A stretch of 58,508 nt of DNA, the filler included, from Sphacelaria rigidula (lineage: Eukaryota): the NCBI GenBank assembly GCA_964200075.2. It is 9 parts of 9 records of this genome, joined end to end, with 100 filler letters (N's around TTAATTAATTAA, not from the genome) between each part and the next. Parts side by side here need not be neighbours in the genome. Positions count along the whole stretch, not along the records: positions 32,561 to 38,972 come from CAXNAA020020231.1; positions 39,073 to 45,484 come from CAXNAA020020232.1; positions 45,585 to 51,996 come from CAXNAA020020233.1; 6 more parts are not named here. One strand, written 5' to 3'. Below the pieces are notes generated by a model. The model worked only from the letters and a program-made list of their open reading frames with translations, was not told the origin of the DNA and searched no databases. Position numbers and translations under genes: made by a program. Shown one piece after another: positions 37,801 through 49,835 of the stretch (positions within the stretch are counted from its first letter, which is position 1; every line of letters begins with the position of its first letter).

Positions 37801-38390
37801 AGGTGCATCCTCATGGGCTCTTTGCTCGCTGGCGAATCACCACCGCAGCGCACGACGAATTGTATTCATGCGACGAGCCAAAATATCACGCGAACGATAT
37901 GCGCCATCGGCGCTCAGGCCCTTCTGCTGGGCCTGCTGCACGCTCTCTTCAAGCGCACGTTCTCTTGCATCTCTCTCCTCCGCAGGGTCCATGAATATGT
38001 CGGCCCCCCGATCGACCAAGCGCTCCACCGCTTCATCCTTAGAAGCCTCCCCCTCATTGGCGCTCTGGAATGACCGTATGGATACGGTCACACGCCTTGC
38101 AGCAAGGTAGCTGGGGTTTTCCACGTCGGTTTGCACCAGCACAGCACGCGGGCGTGACGTATCCAACCCCAGCGGGTACAAATCAATCCCAAGCTCCTTC
38201 ATCGTCGCCATCCCAAACAGAACCACGGTGTCCCTACTAGGCATGACAGCGAAAGTGATGGGCTGCAACTCAACAGCCCCCTGCGACGTACGCACGCTAA
38301 CAGTAACCGGTGTTAAACGTATGGCTGTGGCTTGTGTATAATACACAACGTTCGACTGTCGGGTTGACAGGAACAACCGGTGCACCACGT
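34866..38390 (-). mobile_element. pol: Decayed Ty3/Gypsy pol (PR-RT-RNaseH-INT-chromodomain), chromovirus-like
   Basis: PR C-half FAVMP...VVLFGMATMKELGID. RT WASPAMAVPK...FRFVSDY...LDLLQGY*QMPL...PTRVPQGVLNA...WVDDV. INT zinc finger AH...GHRG...CLHC, core VHFDFLY...LVIMDD...PWSNGACE and GPW motif. Chromo-like VLVDWDGFGAEERTWE at ~34980-35030. Stop at 34866-34868. Multiple stops and frameshifts. Confidence 0.95.
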
Positions 38391-39531
38391 CAACTCAGCT
38401 CTGACAAGAGAGCTCGCAGAGGCTGCACAGTGATGTTGAACACTTGCTTGTGCAATTGAAATAGAAAAGATGCTTCAAGATTGGCGCTTCATCCGGCCGA
38501 ACGAACGCAATAAAACACTTGGTTCCTTACTAACGCAGAAACCAATAACAAGCTGGTAGGCTTGATTGAGTGGGGAAAAGTAGAGAGTGACCACGAGTTT
38601 GTATCTCAGAAAACAGTCCTATCCCAACAAAACAGTTTCTACTATAAACTGTACGACCTGGACTATATGACCATGAACTCTAGATCCATAAACTCTTGAT
38701 ACTATAGACTCCTCGACTCGAGCCATTCACTATTCTGACAAAAACAGTTCGACCTACCCATTCATCAACCCTACGTAACCCTACGGTCAAAACCCGTTCG
38801 TACTGTATGCCCCACGTTCCACGTATGTTGCTGTTCATGTTGACCGTAACTTGATATACCGCTTAAGTTGTACTTCTTCTGTCCCATAAGTAAACCCCGT
38901 TATGTTTATACGAGCCCTTCACGGTGTCCGATTTGATTTTCGTTTCTTTCATTGCATTCGTTGGCGTTTTTTNNNNNNNNNNNNNNNNNNNNNNNNNNNN
39001 NNNNNNNNNNNNNNNNTTAATTAATTAANNNNNNNNNNNNNNNNNNNNNNNNNNNNNNNNNNNNNNNNNNNNTTCAGTCACGCCAGCAAGAGTTCAGTCA
39101 CCCGCACGAGGTATCTTTTTCACTACGCATACCAAGAAGATATACACGAGTGTTTCTTCTCCAATACACCCATCCCCCCAACTAAGATATGGCAGATTGT
39201 CTGTTGTCCTTGCTTTGCAGTCGTTGGGTGAAGTATACGACTGCAATAATACCCCCCAGCTCCCGACTACTTGATCTTGCCGCAAGGGCGCAACCGTTCT
39301 TGCTCGCATACGTGTGTGAGAGAACGGTAGCGGTGACGGAAACATCTTTTCGACGAGGCGTTCTACTGCGCATAGAGGCACTTTTTGTCCAAGCAGAGAG
39401 GCAGAGAGAGAGAGAGGGAGAGAGAAATCTTTGCATTGGTCAGCGCCACAGACAGGAGGCGACAACCGGGGCATCCCGCGATCTTTTTTCCGCGGCTGTG
39501 CTACGATAAGGAACCTGCGAAGTCACGCTAC

Positions 39532-39758
39532 TGTAATGCGTGAGAGGATCGCGTGCTTAAAGGACCGCGTGCTTAGAGGACCGCATCGGAATTCGAACAC
39601 CCCTATGGTTAGGGATAGGGTTAGGGTTAGGGTTAGGGTTAGGGTCAGGAGCGTGGTACCTGCAGGGACTTGCCCGATTGGTTTTGAAAAACGTCGACCC
39701 TGAGGTGTTTTGAACTACGGCGCGGTCCTCTAAGCACGCGGTCCTCTCACGCATTACA
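39532..39758 (+). mobile_element. TGT...ACA MITE containing (TTAGGG)n
   Basis: 28-bp TIR TGTAATGCGTGAGAGGA(T/C)CGCGTGCTTA; internal TTAGGGATAGGG(TTAGGG)4TCAGG at ~39609-39649. Confidence 0.9.
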
Positions 39759-39782
39759 GAGCAGACCGAAAAACTACGTATC

Positions 39783-42700
39783 ATGGGAGAAATACAGGCA
39801 GAGCTCATCGAGGCCGTAAAACGCGATTCTATTGCAGAGTACGAAAGAGATATGAGTATGCATTTGGGCGCAGGCGCACAGGGTAACCCTACGGTGCGTA
39901 CAGCACACCGCGACCAGGAGAGCAACCCCGCTTTTATCAAGAGTTTCGAAGCGATAACTTTACGGGAGGGCAACGTGCCCCGCCGAACTTTGTAAGAGTA
40001 CGCAACAATACGAGTATTCACCCATGGGACGGTTCAGTAAAAGGAGGGGAAAAATTGGAGTCCAAGTTTCGTGTGTTTCAAGTGCAGATGATCGGATATT
40101 TTCGTGCCGAGCGATGTTATGATGCTCTGTTTATTCAGGACCCCATTCGAGTATTCATAGATCAGAAGAAGAGGTGGTATCGTAGCATGGGTTCAGGGCA
40201 GTGGAGAAAACTCAGCGGGCCCATGATATACTCCTCGAAAAAGATCACAGCTCCCGTAATGGTAAAAAACTTTGCGATGCTTGGTTCGCCTAGTGAGAGT
40301 CCTGGGATTATTTTTTTCAGTGCTATACCTTTTCGCCCACCACTGAGAAGGCGCGTCTTGAGCAGGAATGGTCATGCCTACAGATGTCCCCGGGCGAAAG
40401 CCCTTTGGTGTTTCTTGACAGGGCGAAACTGATCCGCCAGAAAGGACATCATTTTGGTCACATGATTTCGGAGTCTGATGCCAACAGGCATTACGCACGC
40501 AGGCTGTCATCAGAGTACCGAATTCAGAGAGGTATCCTTCTCGCCATGCCAGATATCGACACAGAGATCCTACACCAAACGGTGAAAACTGCCCATGCAG
40601 AGTTGGAATTGTCACGGAATAGGATAGACTCTACGAGTAACCATGCTCTGTCTGCCATAGCTCAGGATGTATCGCACAGTGACGTATCGAGAAGGCGACG
40701 CGGAGGCAGGGGGGGCAGGGGGGGCAGGCGAAACCACCACTGCCGGGAGTGTGGCTCTGACCGCAGTGGGAATTTCACTTCACATCAGCATCCTGACCAT
40801 GAACCGTCGCCAAGGTCTCACTCCCGCTCACACTTTACATCTCCACATGACCCACACAACAACCACAACGCCAATGCAACCCCCCCGAATCCAGCCCCTC
40901 AACCCTGATCATGCAATGTTCGCAATTGCACAATATGCTGTGATCGAGGTGTAGATTACCTCACACGAGGCGACGGGCGGAGTCATGCTGATCATCGACA
41001 AGGCAATCGATATCCTAACCCGGAGCAGCGTGTCCCTCATTACAGGGGAAACCACTCCCCACATAACCATGATTCCAACACCCATACCCAGGCCAACAAC
41101 TCCCACTACGCCAACAACTTCCACCACACCAATAATCCTCAACATTTCAACGATTCCCGACATTCGAGGGATTCTCACTCGCGTGCAAACCTTGTACAGT
41201 AGAGTGGGCCCCCGACTACTGACGAAGATTTCACCCCACCGGGAAGGGACGGCTTCAGTGATGCTGGATATGCCCATTACGTGCAGAGTCATAAGCCATC
41301 GTCACATCGAACACAGCCCCAACAACAACATTCTAAATAGCATCACCAGCCGAGCCAGGAGCATTACTCTTACTACTATCCTAACCTGGACAACAGCCAT
41401 CATCAACAATACCAGACCGCAGATCCACATCACGACCAACAGCAACAGCATCAGCCGCGAGCCCCCCCAGCTACATCTGCACTCTCTCCCGATACGCACA
41501 CTGCGGAACATCCACGACTGTTCATGGCGCGTACCATGCCCGCAGGCGAGTCTCGTTTTCGGCTTGGCGATTACGATTCACGTAGGTATGATGTACGAAA
41601 TGTTGGTGATGCATCTGGTGAAGATGTTCATGCAGAGGAGTGGTTGGCAGATACCGGCACTACATATCATGTTACGGGTAGTGTAAATGACATTTTTTAT
41701 TTACGAACCCCTCCTCGGGGCATGGAATATTTCGAGACGGGTACCGGAACCAGACTTCGTGTGAAGGCAGTAGGTAGCTTGAGCTTGACATTTCACATGG
41801 GACCTTTGGATGTCTCAGTCCCCCCAAGTGATTTCCCAATACAGTTGACCGATGTCTACGTCGTGGAGGGCATCAAGTTCAATATTTTCTCTCTTCACCA
41901 CATGTAGGAGCGACATGATATTGTTTTTAATCCCACTGGAGTACGTTTATTCAATGGCAGATTACGACGTGACCGCAAATCGCGAATTTCTTCACAGGTA
42001 GCGACGCGTCTCCCCCTGTAAAACTTTAGTGAGTATGATCCCTCGACTGCTGTAGTTTCGCCCTCCAGAGTAAGGTCAGATACACGTACTAATGTAGAGT
42101 CAGATCTTCCCGAAACTTTAGAGTCTTTAAGTACCACGGCAGATTCTTCACCGGCAGCTACCCGGACTGTTTGCGATGAAACTGATTTCCGGAATTCTTT
42201 TGTAGAAGTTTCCCCGGGGCATCTACCCGCAATGTTACTGTAGGGTCTTGTAGTCGGCTCCCGCATGTTTTGTCTTCGCGTCCTACTGTCGGTGGCTCCT
42301 CGACTACAGTGTCTTCGCATGCTACTGTAAATGCCCCGCCAAATACTGTGTCTTCGTGTGCTGCTATCAGTGCTCCACAGCCCCCGAGTGAGGAAAGAGT
42401 GGGTTTCATTCTACCCCCAGTATTGGCTCACGCTATTATTCCGCCGAAGGCGTTGTGTTTTCCCCCCTCGGTTTCTTTGTCCAGTCCGCCTCCGCTACAA
42501 GCGTTCCGTCTAACACATGAGGTGTTAGTATCCAGTTTGGTTACCGGGCAAATGGTGTATCTTCCATGCGACCTGTTCCGCGTGTACAGCTTCTGCGACC
42601 ACCGCCGTTACCGCTCGACGGAAGGGGGGGTTATGGAGCGAGTACCGCCGCCGACCCGCCGGCATCCCCGCTGTCGCCGATGAACGCGGTAAATCCTGAG

Positions 42701-43884
42701 CCGACGCCGCCACCATTTCCATACCATACTGCCCCATCGCCGAGCCAGCACCAACACATTTTTACCACTACTACTGCGCCGCCATTATTTCCACCCCCCC
42801 CGCAGTACCGCCACAACTGTATTTGCCAATTGCCACTGTGCTACCGCCGTAATTTCTATTTACCACCACGCCTCAACAACCATACTTCATCACAATCCCA
42901 AGGCCGACACGACCAATGCCAACACCACTGCCGCCACCTCCGACACAATCGGCAACACATTTCAATGCGTGGCGTCGTCGGCGCCGGTGAAACGGAGCGG
43001 GGGGGCGGTGCCGATGGGTTGGGGCAGGGAAGTGATGCCGGTGGAGTGGAGCAAGTATGCGGAGCCGTTTCGATGGAGGAGGGGGGACGTGACCATGGAA
43101 GAATGCAGAAAGCTGAAGATGGATTTTGGAGATATTACACTCCGAGTGTAGACTATCAAGTGTATATTTGTAGACCACTTCAACTTGATGGGAGATTCAT
43201 CCAGTGGATATTTTGATTTTGAGTAAAAGCGCAGCAGTGTGACTACCGTCCGAATGCAGTGATTTGACTAGTGGAATTTTCCCTTTTCATGTGAGTTTGA
43301 TCTTCGACATAAAATTCGAAAGTTTCCAAGCATGTGCTGTCGCCACGAAAAAGGTCAAGGGGCCGATTGATATACAAACATTTTTCTTTTATGGGTCATA
43401 GCATATCACGGATCCTATTTGGTAGATTAATTTATTGATATTGGATTTCCGGCCATATGTTTATGAAATATTTTTGGAAAAACACGTCCCGAGTTTTGAC
43501 ATTTTATGCTCCCGAAAATGGCGAGATAATATGGGGTCAGGGGGTCATATAATGTAGGAAGTGATTTTCCTTGTTGACTTTTACTTTTTTCTTGCTGAGT
43601 CCCCCATGTACTCCGACACTTCCATGGTTAGAGAAGTATGTTTTTCTTGGGAGATTTTGGAAAATACGGCGAGAGATTTGATCTCTTATGCTCCCGAAAA
43701 TAGTGAGATGATGTGGGGTCAGCGGGCCATGTACTTCAGAAGGCAATGCTCCTTATGATTTTGTTTTCCCTTGCTGAATCTTCCACGTATCCCGGCATTC
43801 ATGTTTTGAATTTGCCTGATCTCATGGGATGGAACTACGATGTTTTTGTGTGATATGAGTAAGGTCCAGCCTCAAGAAGGGGGG
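39783..43884 (+). mobile_element. Copia-derived element with gag and protease but no recognisable INT/RT/RNaseH
   Basis: Gag-like MSPGESPLVFLDRAKLIR...RLSSEY (40384-40620) and an RGGRGGRGGR stretch. Copia protease EEWLADTGTTYHVTG...LRVKAVGSL...LTDVYVVEGIKFNIFSL (41635-41900). Low-complexity and non-coding sequence follows, then a PPT-like AAGAAGGGGGG at 43874-43884. Confidence 0.75.
43445..43805 (+). repeat. Direct repeat pair (~180-bp unit) upstream of the PPT-like tract
   Basis: TTATGCTCCCGAAAAT..GAGAT..T.TGGGGTCAG and CTTGCTGA recur at ~43504 and ~43686. Confidence 0.75.
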
Positions 43885-44933
43885 TTACTTGAATATCGTC
43901 GAGCTGAACACTAGTATATGTGTACGTGGGAGTTGTGCTACGATAGGGGTTGCACTTTTTGTTTTTGGGCCTCGTTTTTGTAGGAGCCCGAAAAAATGGG
44001 GCTTACTGTGCTACCCAAATCTTCGGGGACAGGACATGGAAATGCACACAGGGGCCTTTTCGTGAATCGGCATCATTTTCAGTCTTTTCCAAGTGAAAAT
44101 GATGCCGATTCTCAAAACGATCCCTGCAACACCCCGAGAAATATTCTCGCTTGAAAAGTGCAACCCTACCGCAGCATCACTCGTGGATTAATTCGGGTAC
44201 ATGCAGTGCAGGTTGATGACATGTCATGGGTACGGGAACAAGTTGTGTTACGACCGGATGTATGTCATATGACGGGGCCGGGCATGCGCGGTCCTCCGTA
44301 CCATGGTCAGTTGTGTTTTAGGGTGCATTTCAGTCTTTACCTTTCGGATGGAGAAAGCAGCTCGGGTGGAGCTTGCACGATTGATGTGTGGTGAGTGAAG
44401 GTTATAAGAGGTTAATACAAGAAGAACGTATACATATTCCCCTGTCCAGAGCGCGTCCTCTACGGAACAGCCCCTTTATCAAATAAAGTTGTGCCGCAAT
44501 TTGCTATCGGGTCAAAATTATATACGCAAGACACAGATTTCATAGTCTTAGGTTTCAACAAACTGTGGCTCATCTTTTCCGGAACGTACTAGGTATGAGC
44601 TTTCATGTATAACTTGGTCTATCTCGAATGAAAGTCTGCTGGAATCGGTGGATGGCGTCTCAGGGTACGTGAACAGTACAGTGGTACCATCGTATAGGGC
44701 AACGAAGCATGTTTCACCGACTTGGGCGTGCCGCAAGAAGGTGTGTCCAACGCCCATTTTTTGCGCCTGCGTTGCGTCTCCTCCGTAGTCGCTTCGTTCG
44801 TCTTTTTTTGGTCGCCTCAATCGTCTCCCACGATGCGCTTCGGGTTACCACTGCCTTCCAAGGTAATACAAACTCTCTCCCAATTATTTCTGGTGCTCTT
44901 CACGGACAGAGAACATACCGATCTAACCGCCAG

Positions 44934-45138
44934 TGTAATGCGTGAGACGACCGCGTGCTTAGAGGACCGTGCTGTAGTTCAAAACACCTCAGGATCGATG
45001 TTTTTCAAAACCAATCGGACTAGTCCCTGCAGGTACCACGCCCTTGACCATAACCCCAACACTAACCCTGACCCTAACCATGGGGATGTTCAAATTCCGA
45101 TGCGATCCTCTACGCATGCGGTCCTCTCACGCATTACA
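44934..45138 (-). mobile_element. Second, inverted copy of the TTAGGG-containing MITE
   Basis: Same TIRs and body; degenerate CCCTAA tract (CATAACCCCAACACTAACCCTGACCCTAACC) at ~45049-45079. Confidence 0.9.
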
Positions 45139-45917
45139 TCCAGAACCATGATTGCCTAGTGCGACCCGAACCGACCTGGCCTGCGAACCCGATCAGACTC
45201 GACTCGCTCCAATGCAACAAGTACATCCTGATGTACTGTAGTAGAGGGCGCACACCAAAGTCCGTGCTCCTGACTGAGTAGATTTTCTGGTGATTGCAAA
45301 ATGATATTTCTGCGGCGATCATGCGAGAAAAACCTCAGCGTTATCTCTTCGATGCGCAGCAAAGGCATCCACTACTGCCGTACTAGTAGCAGCAACGTAC
45401 TTGCTGTAATAACAGGGTTGCCAGAAAAATGAGAACATATTTTGAAATGAGAATCAACCGCTCCCCGGGATTGTGCCCACTTTTNNNNNNNNNNNNNNNN
45501 NNNNNNNNNNNNNNNNNNNNNNNNNNNNTTAATTAATTAANNNNNNNNNNNNNNNNNNNNNNNNNNNNNNNNNNNNNNNNNNNNTTTTTTTTTTATTGTT
45601 TTTTTTCCCCCTGTTTTCCCTTTTTTTTGCCCCCACACCCCACTTTTCCCCGGCTCCATCCCCCCCCCCCCCCCCCCCCCCCCCCAACCCCCCGGCCCCA
45701 CGAGACTGTCATGATTTGAACTCTGGTCTACTTCTCGTACTGCACCTACCCCTTCTCCTGTGATGGGGCACCGCATGCTATGCGCGGTTCTGTTCGATAT
45801 TCCACCCCATGTCAATTGATTTGTTCGACGTGGTTGGGCTGGGGTTGACATGGGCCATTGGGAACAAGGGATGTTGTTGGCAGATCGGTGAGAGGGGAGC
45901 GTTTACATAGAGGTGCG

Positions 45918-46277
45918 CGTATTGTCATCCCATCTATTTTGGACGTCAGTCTGCACCCTTCGGTATATGTGGGCGCATCGGTCGGGGTCACACGGGAGGA
46001 AGATCAATACAGAAATTGTACATATATTTTGTGTTTTAGCACTTCACCTTCCTCCTGCGGTGCGTGCCTTCGTTTCAATCGCAAGATGGGTTATGCGGTC
46101 CATTTGCCTCTTCGACCGTGAAGTCGAATTTTGTGTACCCACTACATGGTCGCTCGCCCCTGTCGAGCATGACGTGGTTAAAAAAAAAAGAACGTCTGAC
46201 TTCACCGAGATTCGTACCCAAGTCCCAACCACCAGCAGGTTCCGAGGTTACCAACTGAGCCATCGGGGCGACCGGCT
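45918..46277 (-). mobile_element. tRNA-headed SINE-like family A, near full-length copy
   Basis: The minus strand has an A-box TGGCTCAGTTGG (46251-46262) and a B-box-like GGTACGAATCTC (46207-46218). The 3' body (CCCGTGTGACCCCG...GCGCCCACATATACCGAAGGGTGCAGAC...CCAAAATAGATGGGATGACAA) is shared with four other loci. Confidence 0.8.
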
Positions 46278-46517
46278 CATAGATGGTTGTTTGTTCATTG
46301 TCCTACGGTTCGACATGCTACAACCGTGAGTGCCTGAGGGTGGGTAGGCCTCCTCACATTACTAGACGACGAGTGTTGCGTGATTCGTGAGGGTCGCAAG
46401 AAAGTTGCGTTTGTGAAGGACGCCGCAATAAACATCGCAGTCATTGTTTCGGCGGTCTGAGCTGATGCACTACACGAACTCGGGGGCGTCTTCGATTTTT
46501 CCCCCTTCATGCCCCAG

Positions 46518-46631
46518 GTACACTGTCATGAACCGGTGCGACTGCGTCCTGGTGGTGAGACAATACGGTAGCAAAACATCGATGGAGCTGGAGCCAGGAG
46601 AGTCCCGTGCCCTGCACTGGGCCGACGTCAG
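46518..46631 (+). CDS. Internal exon resembling the VPS13 SHR-binding/VAB region
   Basis: Acceptor CCCCAG|G, donor AG|GTATAC, phase 2-2. Peptide (R)YTVMNRCDCVLVVRQYGSKTSMELEPGESRALHWADV fits the PRY...N....L..RQ......L.PG....LHW pattern of VPS13 proteins. Confidence 0.6.
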
Positions 46632-46727
46632 GTATACGCGTGTACAGTTCGAACAAAAAAGCGGATAGGTTTGTGCCTCCCGGGAGGAATTATCCAAGGC
46701 TGTGTTCTGTAGAAAACAGGTTTTATA

Positions 46728-46925
46728 TACTCGGGGAATTTACCCGGGTATTATCCGTACCCGACAGGTTCTGTCAGTTTTGTATGCTTCCCGTACCGGT
46801 TCCCGACAGTTCTGTCAGTTCTGTACGCCTCCGATACCAGCACCCGACGGTTTTGTACAATCTGTATGAAGTTTTGTTTGCCCTTATCTGGGGCACGGGG
46901 ATACCCTCGTAGAAATCCCCGGGTA
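46728..46925. mobile_element. Small degenerate TIR element with internal CCCGACAG.TTCTGTCAGTT repeats
   Basis: Ends TACTCGGGGAATTTACCCGGGTAT / ATACCCTCGTAGAAATCCCCGGGTA. Confidence 0.5.
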
Positions 46926-47975
46926 CGGGTAAGAATTTCTGTGCAACTTCCATCACGTACCCAACAGATTTTCTGTAAGTTTTTTTGTTGTCCACCACTT
47001 GTTCACGTGTGTCAGGTTGTTTGATCTGCACTGGATGTTCGGCGTATATTATATTCAGTACTTTTATCTAGGACGATCCCGTTGTCGTCTATTCAACTGA
47101 AATCACAGAGGTGCCAAAAAAGGAGACAACTCACAAGTGGTCGTTTGTTGATGTCAAACTAGCGCTGAACCCGGCGCAACTGACGACCTTGACTTCGTGG
47201 TAAGCAGGCCAAGCATCGGTTACATACGCATTGACAGCAATGTGATCGTTCCTGTCAATATCCAGTTATCCCGGACTACGATTTTTGTGGTGTTATTCCA
47301 ACGTAGAAATAATCGACATAAAGTACAGCTCCTCAAAATCTTGAAATTTTGCCAAGTGACCCACAATGATGGGGCGAATTCCGGGCAGGCTCCTGCCTGG
47401 TTTCCTACTCTCTTCCGCTGTGACTTGTACACAAAGTGGTTCCATCGAGTTCCGTGGTAACAACGTCTTATCGTTGCGATCTTTGTCATCCCTCCTGCTC
47501 GCGCCATCCTCCTGGCTTCCGGTGTCAGCTTGGAGCCCATGTTGTCCGTATCGATGATCACGAGGCCTGGGGGTCCTCTCATGAGCTGGAGCGGTCCCGT
47601 AGGAATCGGGAACATTGGGACTTTCCCGATCTGCATTCGGCCTAAGCCCGGTGGCGCAGCTTTGCCAGGTATACGTTATATTCTTGCATGAGAGTATCGC
47701 TGACTGTAGGAGTATTGCCTTCTTGATCCGTTATGGAGGTCACGTATATGTGTATATATATATGTGTGTATTCTAGTCTTAACATCGGCGATCTTTTTCC
47801 AACCCCATGGTATTGCCATCGTTCTGTAGCCAAAGACGCCTTCGTGCCGTGGGTAACGCTGCGTAACCCTATCTCATGAGATCGTGAAATGGTCATGCTC
47901 GTCACCATTCGCCGCTTGACTCTCACGAGCGTAAATCCAAGCAATACGAAATGGTAGTGAGGTGCTTTGCGTTCG

Positions 47976-48295
47976 GCCGCCGCGCCCGTGTGGTCTAGGT
48001 CAGACTGGTGCAACTTCCATTATTTGGGGTGGGGAATGCAGGTTCGATCTATCATCAAGTGTCACGGTTATTTCTGAAACATATCTGCTTCTTATCGTTG
48101 AACGCGTGAGAGCGTGAGCAGCTACAAGGGTACACTTGATGAGAGTCGACGCAGTGTGCCGGAGGGCTGGTGGTCATGATCCAATCCGCGATTCCAAATT
48201 GCAGGGCTTGTACCGGGGGGGAAGGGAGGATCGATATGATCTCTTGAGAGCACGAACGCGTCCCGAGGAAGGGAAGGGGTTGGCGTGGAGGGAAC
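47976..48295 (+). mobile_element. tRNA-headed SINE-like family B copy
   Basis: Starts GCCGCCGCGCCCG, with TGGTCTAGG (A-box-like) and GGTTCGATCT (B-box-like). The body is homologous to the reverse complement of 2940-3130. Confidence 0.65.
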
Positions 48296-48676
48296 AAAAC
48301 AAAATCAATTTCACTCTCGTAGGTTCACGAGAAGAAGTCATGCCTGCATGCTCATTTCTCTCGGTATGCCTGTATATCCCGATTTCATGGCCTTCCACGG
48401 TAGAGCGTCCAGCCCGAGACGAAAGGCAGTCTAGATTTTACGATGTCCCATCATATTCCTGTCACAAGCAGGCCTTCCAAGCCGTAACGCACACCGCGGC
48501 TGCTTCAACACGAATCTGATTTCGTCGAGTATGTTGCCGTATTGCAGACTCCCCGCAACGTACAACCCCTCACGCATCTCGTCGTGTTGCAATGCTTTTC
48601 ATCTGGGTGTGTTGACTCGCAGCGGACTCTTTGTCGGGAATGCCTACATCGCGGTCAACGTCGGCCTCTCCTACAG

Positions 48677-48727
48677 GGAGCAGCGTGAAGAGCTTGAGCA
48701 GCAGGTCGCCGAGCTCTCCTCCGAGAG
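48677..48727 (+). CDS. Candidate 51-nt coiled-coil exon (EQREELEQQVAELSSER)
   Basis: Acceptor CTCTCCTACAG|G, donor AG|GTATAC, GC3-rich codons, phase 2-2. Confidence 0.45.
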
Positions 48728-49835
48728 GTATACTCAACCACGTATAGTCGTCATGCTCAGTAGTCGGCAGATACTTTGGTCATGTCTGAAGTGTATTACC
48801 GAACCACCGTTCGATATCCCTACTGACACGGTTTCCCACTGAGGAGCCAGTAGCTGCGTGCATGCTGCCCCCGGTGTTTGAACCTTTGGTGTGTGGTTGA
48901 CGTGATACGAAGTATTGCTTCACGACTTCGCTCGTCCACGCAAGTCAAATAACCTCCCGCCTCAGAATAATCCTTCCCTGCTCCAAATTCGGCGAACGGC
49001 CGCAAGGGGTGACAACAACCCCCCCCCCCCCCCCCCCCCCGAAAAAGAAATGAATGTTTCGGTCATTCTGAGCCTCGGTGCCTCAGCGGTTGACCTGCGT
49101 CTTTTCCTTCGAGCCTTCTCTGCTTTCACATAGCCACCCATCTCTTGTCCTCGTGTGACATACTTTTGTTTTACCCTCTCCTCCGTTATGCTCCATAACA
49201 GTAGGTTGTCAGCGACCGGGGATGTACGTGTGCACAGCCATACAACAGGGACAGCGTGGGGCGGTCGGTCCCCGTGTTATTTCCTTCATGTATCGCGTTG
49301 TTTGGCTCCTTCTGATTGCCCTCTGTTTGTGACAAAATCACGACACATATAGTATATATATAGAGAGAGTATTTTGGACTCACGAGCGCGAAGAGTACTT
49401 TGTAAGGAGGCATCTACGAGATGTATGCTGAAATTAGTCTGCAAGTTCCTCCGCACCCGCCCCGGGAGATGACTGTTGGCGAACGCCAATGCTGGGGGTC
49501 CGGTGCGCGGGTTCGTGCTACATTTTGTGTAGGGGTACACCTGTGTTTGCGACCGTTCGAACGGACGCGAGATCGCGGTAGGTCTGCAATGTTTTCGGCA
49601 GGCATTACATAGATTTTATCTCGAAGTGGCTTTTAGAGGTGTCCGAAGCTAGAGATCCCCGATATATTTCACGGTAATGTACATACCGTCAAATATATCA
49701 TGAACCTCGAGTTCGAGATGTTGTACCTCTAACAACTGGGCCGGCCTTCATTCCAGGACGGAAGGCGGAGCACAAACACGTTCTCTCAGACACCATGGAA
49801 AGTAAAAGCGAAGTCTCGTGCAACTGTATTCGACG

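Noticed and set aside
39609..39649. True telomere / chromosome end
   Set aside because: Only ~6 units, internal to a TIR element that has a second copy.
40985..41686. 233-aa Thr/Ile-rich ORF as a separate gene
   Set aside because: Off-frame reading of the low-complexity region between gag and protease.
46195..46277. Functional tRNA genes (also ~3180-3260, ~8630-8695, ~11700-11780, ~50850-50935)
   Set aside because: A/B-box-like motifs are present, but I could not build a convincing cloverleaf with acceptor and anticodon stems; most continue into shared SINE bodies.
47160..47340. Possible Gypsy RT fragment on the minus strand (KIVVRDNW...DAWPAYHEVKV)
   Set aside because: Only two weak motif resemblances and no catalytic DD; a profile search would be needed.
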